A stretch of 64,000 bases of DNA from an uncultured Actinomycetes bacterium. Lineage in GTDB: Bacteria; Actinomycetota; UBA4738; HRBIN12. Position 1 is the stretch's first letter; each line of letters starts with the position of its first letter. A program made the translations under genes and the position numbers. Under the pieces are notes generated by a model, which was not told where the DNA came from, did no database searches, and saw only the letters and a list, made by a program, of their open reading frames with translations. Location of the stretch: NCBI GenBank assembly GCA_963697875.1, contig OY969099.1:2458736-2522735 (forward strand), read 5' to 3'. Positions 54,242 to 63,385 of the stretch are shown piece after piece.

Positions 54242-55563
54242 CCGTCGCCGCCCCGAAGATCGCCGTGATCGGGCGCCAGAACGTGGGCAAGTCGACCCTC
54301 GTGAACCGGCTGTTCGGTCGCCGGCAGACGATCGCGCACGACCTCCCCGGTGTGACGCGCGACCGGATCGAGCTCGAGACCACCTGGCGGGGTCGGCGGT
54401 TCGGGCTGGTCGACACGCCGGGCTACCGACGCGGGGCGACGGGCCTGGAGGCCCTCGCGGCCCATCAGGCGGCCCGTGCGCCCGCCGAAGCCGACCTCAT
54501 CCTGTTGGTCGTGGATGTCGGCACCGGAGTGACCGAGGAGGACGCCGAGCTGGCTCGACGCGTCCGACGCAGCCCCGCCTCGGTGCTCCTCGTCGCGAAC
54601 AAGGCCGACTCGCCCACCGACGCGGCCGATGTCGCCGGCTTCTACACCCTGGGGCTCGGCGAACCGGTCGCGGTCTCGGCGCTGCACGGCGGCGGGACCG
54701 GCGACCTCCTCGATCGGATCGTCGAGCTCCTTCCCGACGCCCCGGCGGAGGGCGCGGACCTCGACGAGCCCCGGTTCGCGATCATAGGCCGTCCCAACGT
54801 GGGGAAATCGACCCTGTTCAACCGGTTGCTCGGAGAGGAGCGAAGCGTCGTCTCCGACGTCCCCGGCACGACCCGGGACAGCGTCGATTCCTTCGTGGAG
54901 TGGCCGACGTACGGGCGCGTGCGGTTCGTGGACACGGCCGGCATGCGGCGTGGCAGCAGGGTGCGCTCGATCGAGTACTACAGCTTCCTTCGCGCGGCCG
55001 AGGCGATCGATCGCACGCACGTAGCCGTGCTCGTGATCGACGCGAGCGACGGGTTCACGGGCGAGGACAAGCGGATCGCGAGCCGCGTAATGGAGGCCGG
55101 ACGCGGTCTGTTCGTCGTCGCGAACAAATGGGACCTCGTCGAGGACAAGGACTCCACCTACAAGGAGCTCGGATCCGACATGCGGCCCTTCGCCGACGCG
55201 GCGGTGACGCGGGCGTCGGCCACCCGTGGGCAGGGCGTGCATCGTCTGCCGCCGCTGCTGATGGACCTGCACGGGAGGTGGACCCTCAGGGCTTCGACGT
55301 CGAGGGTCAACGAGATCCTGCATGCCGCGCAGGGCGAGCGCCCGACACCGCGGGTGGCGGGAACCCTCCACTACGCGACCCAGATCTCCGCGGGTCCGCC
55401 GACGTTCGTCGTGTTCGGCGGCGCACGGGCGCCGGATCCGTCCTACCGCCGCTTCCTCGAGAACAGGTTCCGTCGTGAGCTCGAGCTCGCCGGCGTCCCG
55501 ATCCGCCTTCGGTTCCGGCCGCGACGAACGCGTCGTGGGTCCCGCCGGGACGCGGGCCGGTAG
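54238..55563 (+). CDS. der: ribosome biogenesis GTPase Der (EngA)
   Basis: tandem G domains (GRQNVGKSTL; GRPNVGKSTL) plus KH-like C-terminus. Confidence 0.92.
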   Translation: MTVAAPKIAVIGRQNVGKSTLVNRLFGRRQTIAHDLPGVTRDRIELETTWRGRRFGLVDTPGYRRGATGLEALAAHQAARAPAEADLILLVVDVGTGVTEEDAELARRVRRSPASVLLVANKADSPTDAADVAGFYTLGLGEPVAVSALHGGGTGDLLDRIVELLPDAPAEGADLDEPRFAIIGRPNVGKSTLFNRLLGEERSVVSDVPGTTRDSVDSFVEWPTYGRVRFVDTAGMRRGSRVRSIEYYSFLRAAEAIDRTHVAVLVIDASDGFTGEDKRIASRVMEAGRGLFVVANKWDLVEDKDSTYKELGSDMRPFADAAVTRASATRGQGVHRLPPLLMDLHGRWTLRASTSRVNEILHAAQGERPTPRVAGTLHYATQISAGPPTFVVFGGARAPDPSYRRFLENRFRRELELAGVPIRLRFRPRRTRRGSRRDAGR

Positions 55564-55575
55564 AATCACGCGCAT

Positions 55576-55650
55576 CGGGCCGTGGCGCAGCTTGGTTAGC
55601 GCGTCTGACTGGGGGTCAGAAGGTCGCCGGTTCGAATCCGGCCGGCCCGA
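55576..55650 (+). tRNA. tRNA-Pro (anticodon GGG)
   Basis: cloverleaf: acceptor CGGGCCG/CGGCCCG, D-arm GCGC-AGCUUGGUUA-GCGC, anticodon stem UCUGA/UCAGA with loop CUGGGGG, T-arm GCCGG-UUCGAAU-CCGGC; CCA not encoded. Confidence 0.85.
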
Positions 55651-55653
55651 CCG

Positions 55654-56238
55654 ATGAACGTCACCGACGGCGGCGACACGGGGCACTCCGCCGTCGCGAC
55701 CCTTCCGAACCTCGTCACCGCCCTTCGGATCCTGCTCATCCCAGTCTTCTGGTGGCTCATCGTCGACCCGGACACGACCGCGACGGGGATCCTGCTGCTT
55801 TCGGGCGTGATGGCCACGGACTGGGTCGACGGCCTCCTGGCGCGCCGGACCGGGCAGGTCTCGGAGCTGGGCAAGGTGCTCGACCCGACCGCGGACCGCC
55901 TCGCGATCGCGGCGGGGCTGATCGCTCTCGTCGTTCGCGGCGCTTTCCCCTTGTGGGCGGCGCTGCTGATCCTCGTGCGCGACGTCGCCCTGCTGATCGC
56001 AGGCGGCCTGATCCTGGCGCGCCGATCGGTGCGGATCGACGTGCGGTGGATCGGGAAGGTCGCGACGTTCTCGCTCATGTGCGCGGTGCCGTGGATCTCG
56101 TGGGGACGCCTCGACTTTCCGCTCGCCGAGGCCGCGCTCGTCTGCGGTTGGACCGCGTTCGTGGTGGGCATCGTGGAGTCCTACGTGGCCGCCGCGGTCT
56201 ACGCCGGCGATCTGCGTCGCGCGCTTACTGCTCCGTAG
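55654..56238 (+). CDS. pgsA: CDP-alcohol phosphatidyltransferase (CDP-diacylglycerol--glycerol-3-phosphate 3-phosphatidyltransferase-like)
   Basis: DGLLARRTGQVSELGKVLDPTADRL signature; multi-TM. Confidence 0.82.
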   Translation: MNVTDGGDTGHSAVATLPNLVTALRILLIPVFWWLIVDPDTTATGILLLSGVMATDWVDGLLARRTGQVSELGKVLDPTADRLAIAAGLIALVVRGAFPLWAALLILVRDVALLIAGGLILARRSVRIDVRWIGKVATFSLMCAVPWISWGRLDFPLAEAALVCGWTAFVVGIVESYVAAAVYAGDLRRALTAP

Positions 56239-56302
56239 CGCCCGCGCTGCGGCTATCGTGTGGGCCGGACGCCGGCCAGGGACCGGCCCAGGAGGGGAAG
56301 CG

Positions 56303-56692
56303 GTGGAGTTCCCGCAGGACCTTCGTTACACGAAGGAACACGAGTGGGCTCGGATCGAGGGGTCGCGGGTGCGCGTGGGCATCACGGACTTCGCCCAGGA
56401 CGCCCTCGGCGACGTGGTCTACGTCGACCTACCCGAGATCGGAGCGACGGTCGAGGCCGAGCAGCCGTTCGGCGAGGTGGAGTCCACGAAGTCGGTCTCG
56501 GACGTCTTCAGCCCCGTTTCGGGGACCATCGTGGAGCGCAACCCGTTGCTCGAGGAGCATTCCGAGCTGGTGAACCAGCAGCCGTACGGAGACGGCTGGC
56601 TGGTCATCATCGAGACCTCGGATCCGGCCCAGCTGGAATCGCTGATGGACGCCGAGGCGTACCGGGCGTTTGCTCATCCCGACGAAGGCTGA
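56303..56692 (+). CDS. gcvH: glycine cleavage system H protein
   Basis: lipoyl-lysine region GEVESTKSVSDVFSPVSG; start at the GTG at 56303. Confidence 0.9.
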   Translation: MEFPQDLRYTKEHEWARIEGSRVRVGITDFAQDALGDVVYVDLPEIGATVEAEQPFGEVESTKSVSDVFSPVSGTIVERNPLLEEHSELVNQQPYGDGWLVIIETSDPAQLESLMDAEAYRAFAHPDEG

Positions 56693-56889
56693 TCGCCGGC
56701 CGCCGAGCGGCGAACCCTCGACCACGTCGACCCTCGCTGGAGGGTGATGATGGCTGCAGGTGAAACGTGTCCGCACGGATCGGTTGACCCTTCGAACCGC
56801 GTAGGATAGCGTCGAGCGGCACCGAGGGTCGAGGGTTATGCTCTGACCGTCACCCTCTGAGAGGACCGGCGCTCGAGGGGTAGTGGACG

Positions 56890-57351
56890 GTGTTCTGTAC
56901 GCGATGTGGACATCCGAACCGTGACGACGCGCGCTTCTGCGCCGAATGCGGACATCCGCTGCAGGGCGACGTGACGCTCAGCCTTCCCGCGATCGATGCG
57001 GAGGAAGAGGCGCACGAGGAGTTCCCGTTCCCGCACGACGGGCTCGAGACCGGGCAGGGTCTGCTTCTGGTGAAGCGTGGTCCGAACGCCGGCTCGACCT
57101 TTCTTCTCGACGCGGAGTCCACCTCTGTCGGCCGGAGCACCGATGGCGATGTGTTCCTGGACGACATCACGGTCTCCCGCAAGCACGCGGCGTTCGAACG
57201 GCGCGCGGATGGTTCGTGGTTCGTCCGCGACCTCGGCAGCCTCAACGGCACCTACGTCAACGGAGAGCAGGTCGAGGAGACCAAGCTCGCGAACGGCGAC
57301 GAGGTGCAGATCGGCAAGTTCAAGCTGACGTTCTTCGCAGCAGGGGAGTGA
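56890..57351 (+). CDS. garA: FHA-domain protein, GarA ortholog with N-terminal double-CxxC zinc ribbon
   Basis: the C-terminal FHA domain closely matches mycobacterial GarA (LLVKRGPNAGSTFLLD...FLDDITVSRKHAAF...VRDLGSLNGTYVNGE...ANGDEVQIGKFKLTF); the N-terminus reads MFCTRCGHPNRDDARFCAECGHP. Confidence 0.85.
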   Translation: MFCTRCGHPNRDDARFCAECGHPLQGDVTLSLPAIDAEEEAHEEFPFPHDGLETGQGLLLVKRGPNAGSTFLLDAESTSVGRSTDGDVFLDDITVSRKHAAFERRADGSWFVRDLGSLNGTYVNGEQVEETKLANGDEVQIGKFKLTFFAAGE

Positions 57352-57358
57352 GGCGACC

Positions 57359-58111
57359 GTGGCGGGCACACGCAACTACCAATCGATCGGCGAGGTCCTC
57401 GTGGCGGTCAAGACCGAGTTTCCCGACATCACGATCTCGAAGATCCGGTTCCTGGAATCCGAGGGGCTGATCACGCCCGAGCGCACGCCCTCGGGCTACC
57501 GCAAGTTCTACGCCCACGACGTCGAGCGGCTCCGCTCGATCCTGCGGATGCAGCGCGACGAGTACCTCCCCCTCAAGGTGATCAAGGAGCGCCTCGCGAA
57601 GATGGACGCGGGCGACGACGAGGAGCACGTGACGCTGGAGCAGGCGGCAGGGGGGAGCGAGTCGGCCGCCAGCAGCTACGACGGCGTCAGCGCATCCGTC
57701 GCCGACGAGCTCGCGGAGGCGCCCACCGGGCTGCAGATGTCATTGGAGGAGATGTCGGCGGCGACGGGAGTCGACCGCGACCGCATCAAGGAGCTCGAAT
57801 CGTTCGGCATCGTCTGCACGCACGGACCGGAGGGCGCGCGGTACTACGATGGCGACGACTACATCGTGCTGTCGATCGTGAAGGACTTCTTCCGGTTCGG
57901 GATCGAGCCGCGGCACCTGACGATGTACAAGCACTTCTCCGACCGCGAGTCGTCGTTCTTCGAGGCGCTCGTCGCTCCGACGCTCCGCCAGAAGAACCCG
58001 GACGCCCGTCGCACCGCGGCGCAGACGCTCGCCGACCTGACGGTCACCTCGCGGAAGTTCAAGCAGGCGCTTCTACGGAACAGCCTGCGGGAGCACCTCA
58101 AGACAGCGTGA
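57359..58111 (+). CDS. MerR-family transcriptional regulator (Rv1828-like)
   Basis: N-terminal MerR HTH (YQSIGEVLVAVKTEFPDITISKIRFLESEGLITPERTPSGYRKF); follows garA as in mycobacteria. Confidence 0.8.
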   Translation: MAGTRNYQSIGEVLVAVKTEFPDITISKIRFLESEGLITPERTPSGYRKFYAHDVERLRSILRMQRDEYLPLKVIKERLAKMDAGDDEEHVTLEQAAGGSESAASSYDGVSASVADELAEAPTGLQMSLEEMSAATGVDRDRIKELESFGIVCTHGPEGARYYDGDDYIVLSIVKDFFRFGIEPRHLTMYKHFSDRESSFFEALVAPTLRQKNPDARRTAAQTLADLTVTSRKFKQALLRNSLREHLKTA

Positions 58112-59379
58112 GCCGTCTCCGGCGCCGCAGGATCGGCGTCGCGGCGGTCGCCGCCGCGGTCGTCGTGGTCCAGTCCGTCATCGTGGGGCTCGCGGGGCCG
58201 ATCCTGCGGCCTCCTCCTCCCACGCCGGTTCCGCCCCGCGGGTCACTGTCACCGTTCCCCCAGGTGCTGCACACGCCGGCCGACGCGACGGTCGTGCCCG
58301 AGCTCTCCGCGGGTTCGGCGGTGCTCGGGGATCTCCGCACCGGGGCGATCCTGTACCGGGAGGGAGCGAACGTCCGCCGACCGGTCGCCAGCCTCACGAA
58401 GATCATGACGGCGCTGCTGACGCTCGAGCGGAGTGATCCAGCCGACGCCGTGACGGTCGATCCCCGGGCCGTATTCGAACGCGGCGACAACGGGGCGAGC
58501 GCGACCATCGGGCTCCGCGCCGGAGAACGGCTGAGTGTCGGGGACCTGCTCGCAGGGCTCTTGCTGGGCTCCGCGAACGACGCGGCGGTGGCTCTGGCGA
58601 TCCACGAGGCCGGCAGCGAGGAGGAGTTCGTCCGTCTGATGAACCGCAAGGCCGCCCGTCTGGGGATGCGCGACACGCGGTTCTCCTCGTCGAGCGGCCT
58701 GGACGATCGCGGGCGGTCGACCGCGGCCGATCTGTTCAAGCTCGTGCGAGCGGCCGATGCGCTGCCGGCCTTCGACGAGCTCACCTCCAGCCGATTCCGG
58801 TCGATCCCGGCACCGCGCGGTCCCGACCGCCGCATCCAGAACCGCGACGTCCTCCTGTGGCTCTATCCGGGTGCGTTCGGTACGAAGACGGGGTCGACGG
58901 CGGGCGCGGGGTTCTGCGTCGTGGGGTCGGCCGAGCGCGATGGCAGGCGGCTCACCGCGATCGTGCTCGGAGCCCCGGACGAGCCGTTCTCCGACGCCGC
59001 CGCCCTCCTGGACTACGGCTTCGAGGGCTTCACCGACAGGACGCTCCTGCGCGAGGGCGACGCGCTCGGCTCGGTGCCGATCCGGGGCGGGACGGTGCCG
59101 GTCGTCGCCGGGAGGACCCTCGAACGGCTCGTTCCCACCGCGGCGATCGACCGAACCAGGACCACGTTGCTCGTCGACGGCCGCGTCGCATTCCCGCCCG
59201 CAGCCGGGCAGCGCATCGGCTCGGTGCGCGTCGGCGTTCCCGGCCTCCCGATCGGGGTCGTGCCGCTCGTGGTCCCCGCCGTTCCGCCACCGCCGACGGC
59301 ATCCGGGCCTTGGTGGGCGCGGGCCGCCGGCGCCGTGGGGCGCGCCGTGGCCGATGCCGTCGGTGCGATCGCGGGCTGA
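58108..59379 (+). CDS. D-alanyl-D-alanine carboxypeptidase (peptidase S11, PBP5/6-like)
   Basis: SxxK (ASLTKIMT), SxN (GSANDAA), KTG (GTKTGST); N-terminal signal/TM region. Confidence 0.82.
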   Translation: MSRLRRRRIGVAAVAAAVVVVQSVIVGLAGPILRPPPPTPVPPRGSLSPFPQVLHTPADATVVPELSAGSAVLGDLRTGAILYREGANVRRPVASLTKIMTALLTLERSDPADAVTVDPRAVFERGDNGASATIGLRAGERLSVGDLLAGLLLGSANDAAVALAIHEAGSEEEFVRLMNRKAARLGMRDTRFSSSSGLDDRGRSTAADLFKLVRAADALPAFDELTSSRFRSIPAPRGPDRRIQNRDVLLWLYPGAFGTKTGSTAGAGFCVVGSAERDGRRLTAIVLGAPDEPFSDAAALLDYGFEGFTDRTLLREGDALGSVPIRGGTVPVVAGRTLERLVPTAAIDRTRTTLLVDGRVAFPPAAGQRIGSVRVGVPGLPIGVVPLVVPAVPPPPTASGPWWARAAGAVGRAVADAVGAIAG

Positions 59380-59426
59380 GCGTCCTCCCACCCGGGCCGA
59401 CCGACCCCCTGGTACGCTCGGCCGGC

Positions 59427-60005
59427 ATGTTGGACGTCGCTCGCGTCTTGTTCGGTCGCGAGGACATCCGCCGGCGGGTCGAGGAACTCGGCCGCACGAT
59501 CACCGGGGAGTACGTGGGGCGCGAGCCCGTCCTCGTCTCCGTGTTGAAGGGCGGCGCGATGTTCCTCGCGGACCTGATGCGTGCGGTCGACCTTCCCCTC
59601 GAGGCGCATTTCATGGCGGTCAGTCGCTACGGCGGGGCCGAGGAATCGATGGGCCGGGTCCAGATCCTGCTCGACGTCGACGTCGACCTCGCGGACCGGC
59701 ACGTGCTGCTGGTCGAGGACATCGTCGACACCGGGCTCACCTCGCGCTACCTGCTCTCCGTGCTCCGCTCCCGCTCCCCGGCGACGATCGAGCTGTGCAC
59801 GCTGCTCGACAAGTCGGTCAGGCGCATCGTGCCGCTCACGCCGCGATACGCGGGCTTCGACTGCCCGGATGCATTCGTCGTCGGCTACGGCCTCGACTAT
59901 CGGGAGCGATACCGGAACCTCCCCGACATCCTTCAGGTGGACGACCTCGACGCGCTGAAGAGCGACCCGGACGCCCTCGTCCCGATCCTGACCGCCGCTG
60001 CCTAG
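59427..60005 (+). CDS. hpt: hypoxanthine phosphoribosyltransferase
   Basis: PRTase motif VLLVEDIVDTGLT; Hpt N-terminus; ATG at 59427 (the track ORF has a long spurious upstream extension). Confidence 0.88.
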   Translation: MLDVARVLFGREDIRRRVEELGRTITGEYVGREPVLVSVLKGGAMFLADLMRAVDLPLEAHFMAVSRYGGAEESMGRVQILLDVDVDLADRHVLLVEDIVDTGLTSRYLLSVLRSRSPATIELCTLLDKSVRRIVPLTPRYAGFDCPDAFVVGYGLDYRERYRNLPDILQVDDLDALKSDPDALVPILTAAA

Positions 60006-60046
60006 GTTGTCCGTTCCGGGGCCCCTGGTTACGCTGGCCGAGACCG

Positions 60047-60520
60047 ATGATCGAGATGGAGCTGACCGGCGTCCGGGTGGAACTCCCCACGAACCAGCCC
60101 ATCGTCCTGTTGCGCGAACGCAGCGGCGAGCGGTACCTGCCGATCTGGATCGGAGCCGCCGAGGCGGCCGCCATCGCGCTTTCGCTCCAGGGCGTGGTCA
60201 CGCCTCGACCGATGACGCACGACCTGCTGAAGACGATCTTGGAGGACCTGTCCGTCGAGGTGCAGCGGATCATCGTGACCGAGCTTCGCGACTCCACCTT
60301 CTACGCGTCGATCCAGATGCAGAAGGGGAGCGACGCGCTCGAGATCTCCTCTCGCCCCTCGGACGCGATCGCGCTGGCCGTGCGGATGGCGGTACCGATC
60401 TTCGCCAACGAGGACGTCCTCGAGGAGGCCGCGATCCTGATCCCGGGTGACGAGGACGAGGAGGTCGAGAAGTTCCGGGAATTCCTCGACAACGTCAGCC
60501 CCGAGGACTTCGCACCCTGA
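60047..60520 (+). CDS. bifunctional nuclease family protein (DUF151 / BFN domain)
   Basis: MIEMELTGVRVELPTNQPIVLLRE...RYLPIWIG...DLLKTIL; acidic C-terminus. Confidence 0.75.
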   Translation: MIEMELTGVRVELPTNQPIVLLRERSGERYLPIWIGAAEAAAIALSLQGVVTPRPMTHDLLKTILEDLSVEVQRIIVTELRDSTFYASIQMQKGSDALEISSRPSDAIALAVRMAVPIFANEDVLEEAAILIPGDEDEEVEKFREFLDNVSPEDFAP

Positions 60521-60549
60521 CGCCGGTACCGCAGGCCCTGCCCAGGAGC

Positions 60550-61026
60550 TCAGCCGTAGAAGAAGACCGTGACCCAGAGGTTCCCGAGGGCATCGCGCGC
60601 GGTGCCGATCGCGGTGCGACGGAACTTCCCGTTGAGGATGTTGTCCCGGTGGGGCCGGGAATGCATGAACCCCTTCTCGAGCCGCTGGATCTGGGTCCCA
60701 CCGGGGTAGGTCACGCCGATGTTCTCCCCCCACGTGTGCCAGGTCATGCCCTTGAGGTAGTAGGTGCCCGGATCGGACGTGTGGCACAGGCACTGGTGCC
60801 GCGCCATCCACCTGCTGTGCCGCCGGGCGAGGTCGGACAGCTCCTTGTTCAGCCAGACCTTGTGGACCCCGTTGTTCGTGCGGCTCAGGTTCGTCGCCTT
60901 GAACATGTTCGTGCGCTCGACGAGCCGAGGCGAGATCACCGCGTGCGAAGGGGCGGGCGCGAGCGACAGCAGCAGCCCCGCGGCCACCGCGACCAGCCCG
61001 ATCCGAGAAACCTTTGGCACCCGCAT
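60550..61026 (-). CDS. secreted CAP/SCP-domain protein (YkwD-like)
   Basis: signal peptide (MRVPKVSRIGLVAVAAGLLLSLAPAPSHA), CAP motifs (WGENIG...MHSRPHRDNILNGKFRRTAIG); the only minus-strand gene in this neighbourhood. Confidence 0.7.
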   Translation of the reverse strand: MRVPKVSRIGLVAVAAGLLLSLAPAPSHAVISPRLVERTNMFKATNLSRTNNGVHKVWLNKELSDLARRHSRWMARHQCLCHTSDPGTYYLKGMTWHTWGENIGVTYPGGTQIQRLEKGFMHSRPHRDNILNGKFRRTAIGTARDALGNLWVTVFFYG

Positions 61027-61205
61027 CGTCGATCCCCCCTGGCGCTTCCTGACTAGGAGTGCATCGGCGGGAGCCCACCGAGACTTGAGCCCGGGGTGAG
61101 GGGCCGACCGGGCCCCTTCGGGAGCGACCAGGTGGGTCGCTTGACGGCGCGCCCTCGCCCCCGTACGCTGCGGAATCACATCGTCGTCATTCACTTCCAC
61201 GGAGC

Positions 61206-61658
61206 GTGCGGATGAGCGAACAGGGCTATCGCGTCCCCGAGGTCTGCAAGATCGTGGGCATCACGTACCGCCAGCTGGACTATTGGGCCCGAACCGGGCT
61301 GGTCACTCCCTCGGTGCGGGACGCCCGCGGGAGTGGCAGCCAGCGCCTGTATTCGTTCCAGGACCTCGTCACGCTCCGGGTGATCAAGAACCTCCTGGAC
61401 ACCGGGGTCAGCCTCCAGCGTGTCCGGTCGGCCGTCGAGCACCTCAACACGATGCGCCGTCCGATCTCGGGCGTGACCCTTATGTCCGACGGCCGCCGCG
61501 TCTACGAGGCCCATTCGCCGGAGGCCGTCGTCGACCTCCTTCGGGGGGGCCAGGGGGTGTTCGCGATCGCCGTCGGCCGCGTCTGGGAGGACATGGAAGG
61601 AGCGATCGCGCGAGCCGCCGGACCGAAGCGCCGGCGCGCCGCCGCAGGAGGGTCGTGA
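61206..61658 (+). CDS. MerR-family transcriptional regulator (Rv1830-like)
   Basis: HTH YRVPEVCKIVGITYRQLDYWARTGLVTPS...RLYSFQDLVTLRVIKNLLDTGVSLQ. Confidence 0.8.
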   Translation: MRMSEQGYRVPEVCKIVGITYRQLDYWARTGLVTPSVRDARGSGSQRLYSFQDLVTLRVIKNLLDTGVSLQRVRSAVEHLNTMRRPISGVTLMSDGRRVYEAHSPEAVVDLLRGGQGVFAIAVGRVWEDMEGAIARAAGPKRRRAAAGGS

Positions 61659-62023
61659 GCGCCGCACCACGTTCCGACGGTCCACTGAAGAGCGACACCG
61701 TCAGCTTCGCGCACGCGTCCGAGCGACAGTTCGCCCGGCTGCTCGACTTCTATCAGATCGAATGGGAGTACGAGCCCGCGTCCTTCGACATCGCCTGGGA
61801 CCGCGATGGCCACGTCGTGCAGCGATTCACCCCGGACTTCTACCTGGCCGAGTTCGATCTCTACATCGAGATCACCACGCTCAACCAGAAGCTCGTGACC
61901 AAGAAGAACCGAAAGGTGCGCAGGCTGCGCGAGCGGTATCCGGAGATCCGCTGCAAGGTCTTCTATCAGCGTGACTACCTCACGCTGGTCACGAAGTACG
62001 GCCTCGAGGACGCGTCGGGGTGA
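61655..62023 (+). CDS. conserved hypothetical protein
   Basis: 122 aa; GTGA overlap with the upstream MerR regulator; no recognisable catalytic motif. Confidence 0.5.
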   Translation: MSAAPRSDGPLKSDTVSFAHASERQFARLLDFYQIEWEYEPASFDIAWDRDGHVVQRFTPDFYLAEFDLYIEITTLNQKLVTKKNRKVRRLRERYPEIRCKVFYQRDYLTLVTKYGLEDASG

Positions 62024-62062
62024 GCGCCACCGGATCCGAGTCCCGCCCGTAGACTGACCATC

Positions 62063-63385
62063 GTGCGGTTCGCGCCACACACGGACGACGACGTCAGGGA
62101 GATGCTCGCCACGATCGGCGTCTCGTCCATCGACGACCTCTTCGGCGACATCCCTCCGACCGTCCGGCTCGACCGGCCGCTCGACCTGCCTGACGGGATC
62201 TCCGAGATGGAGATCCTGGCCGATCTGCAGGCCCTGGCACGATCGAACCGCACCGCCGACGACCTCATCTGCTTCGCCGGGGGCGGGGCCTACGACCACT
62301 ACGTGCCGAGCCTCGTGTGGGCGCTGGCCGGACGCTCGGAGTTCTACACGTCCTACACGCCGTACCAGCCCGAGCTCTCCCAGGGCGTCCTCCAGACCCT
62401 GTTCGAGTTCCAGTCGATGATCTGCGAGCTGACCGGGCTCGAGGTCTCGAACGCCTCCCTGTACGACGGCGCAACGGCGCTGGTGGAGGCGGTGAACATG
62501 GCGCGGAGCACCGGGCGCGGCCGGGTGCTCGTCTCCGAGGCGGTGGATCGGCGCTTCCTGGAGACCCTCCGTACGTACGGGCGCGGGTCGGGCTACGAGC
62601 CCGAGGTCTTCCCGACGTCGCATGGCCGTGGAGGACAGCCCGACGTGAGCTCCGACGTCGCGGCGGTGATCGTCCAGCATCCGAACTACCACGGCCTGCT
62701 CGAGGACGTCGGTTCGCTCGTCGAACGAGCCCACGAGGGTGGGGCCAAGCTGATCCAGGTGTTCGACCCGCTGTCGCTGGGAGTGCTCAGCCCGCCCGGG
62801 GACCTCGGGGCCGACATCGCGGTTGCCGAGGGACAGGTGCTCGGGAACCATCTGAACTACGGCGGACCCTACCTGGGCATCCTGGCGGCCAGGATGGCCG
62901 ACGTCCGTCGGATGCCCGGGCGGATCGTCGGCGAGACGCTGGACGTGGACGGCATCCCGGGCTACGTGCTCACGCTCCAGGCGCGCGAGCAGCACATCCG
63001 GCGCGAGAAGGCGACGTCGAACATCTGCACGAACCAGACGCTGATGGCGCTCGCCGCAACCGTGTACCTGGCGTGGCTCGGCCCCGAGGGGCTGCGCGAG
63101 ACGGGAGAGGCCTGCGCGTCAAAGGCCGCGTACGCGTTCGAACGATTGAGCGCGATCCCAGACGTCGACCCGATGTTCCCCGGGGTCCCGTTCTTCAAGG
63201 AGTTCGCGGTGCGCCTGCCGCGCCCTGCGGTGGAGGTCCGAGACGCGCTCGTGGACCGGGGCTTCCTCGCCGGCGTGCCGCACGCCGGCGACGACCACGC
63301 GCTGCTGGTCGCCGTGACGGAGCGGCGCACCCGCGCCCAGATCGACGCGCTGGCCGACGCGGTGCGGGAGGTGCTCGCCGGATGA
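62063..63385 (+). CDS. gcvPA: glycine dehydrogenase (decarboxylating) subunit 1
   Basis: GcvP N-terminal-half homology (FAGGGAYDHYVPS...YTPYQPELSQG...QSMICELTG); 440 aa. Confidence 0.88.
   Translation: MRFAPHTDDDVREMLATIGVSSIDDLFGDIPPTVRLDRPLDLPDGISEMEILADLQALARSNRTADDLICFAGGGAYDHYVPSLVWALAGRSEFYTSYTPYQPELSQGVLQTLFEFQSMICELTGLEVSNASLYDGATALVEAVNMARSTGRGRVLVSEAVDRRFLETLRTYGRGSGYEPEVFPTSHGRGGQPDVSSDVAAVIVQHPNYHGLLEDVGSLVERAHEGGAKLIQVFDPLSLGVLSPPGDLGADIAVAEGQVLGNHLNYGGPYLGILAARMADVRRMPGRIVGETLDVDGIPGYVLTLQAREQHIRREKATSNICTNQTLMALAATVYLAWLGPEGLRETGEACASKAAYAFERLSAIPDVDPMFPGVPFFKEFAVRLPRPAVEVRDALVDRGFLAGVPHAGDDHALLVAVTERRTRAQIDALADAVREVLAG

Noticed and set aside
56239-56302. Glycine riboswitch upstream of gcvH (and at 62024..62062 upstream of gcvPA)
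   Set aside because: The spacers are 64 and 39 nt, and they lack the tandem aptamer core (GGAGAG...CACCG motifs).
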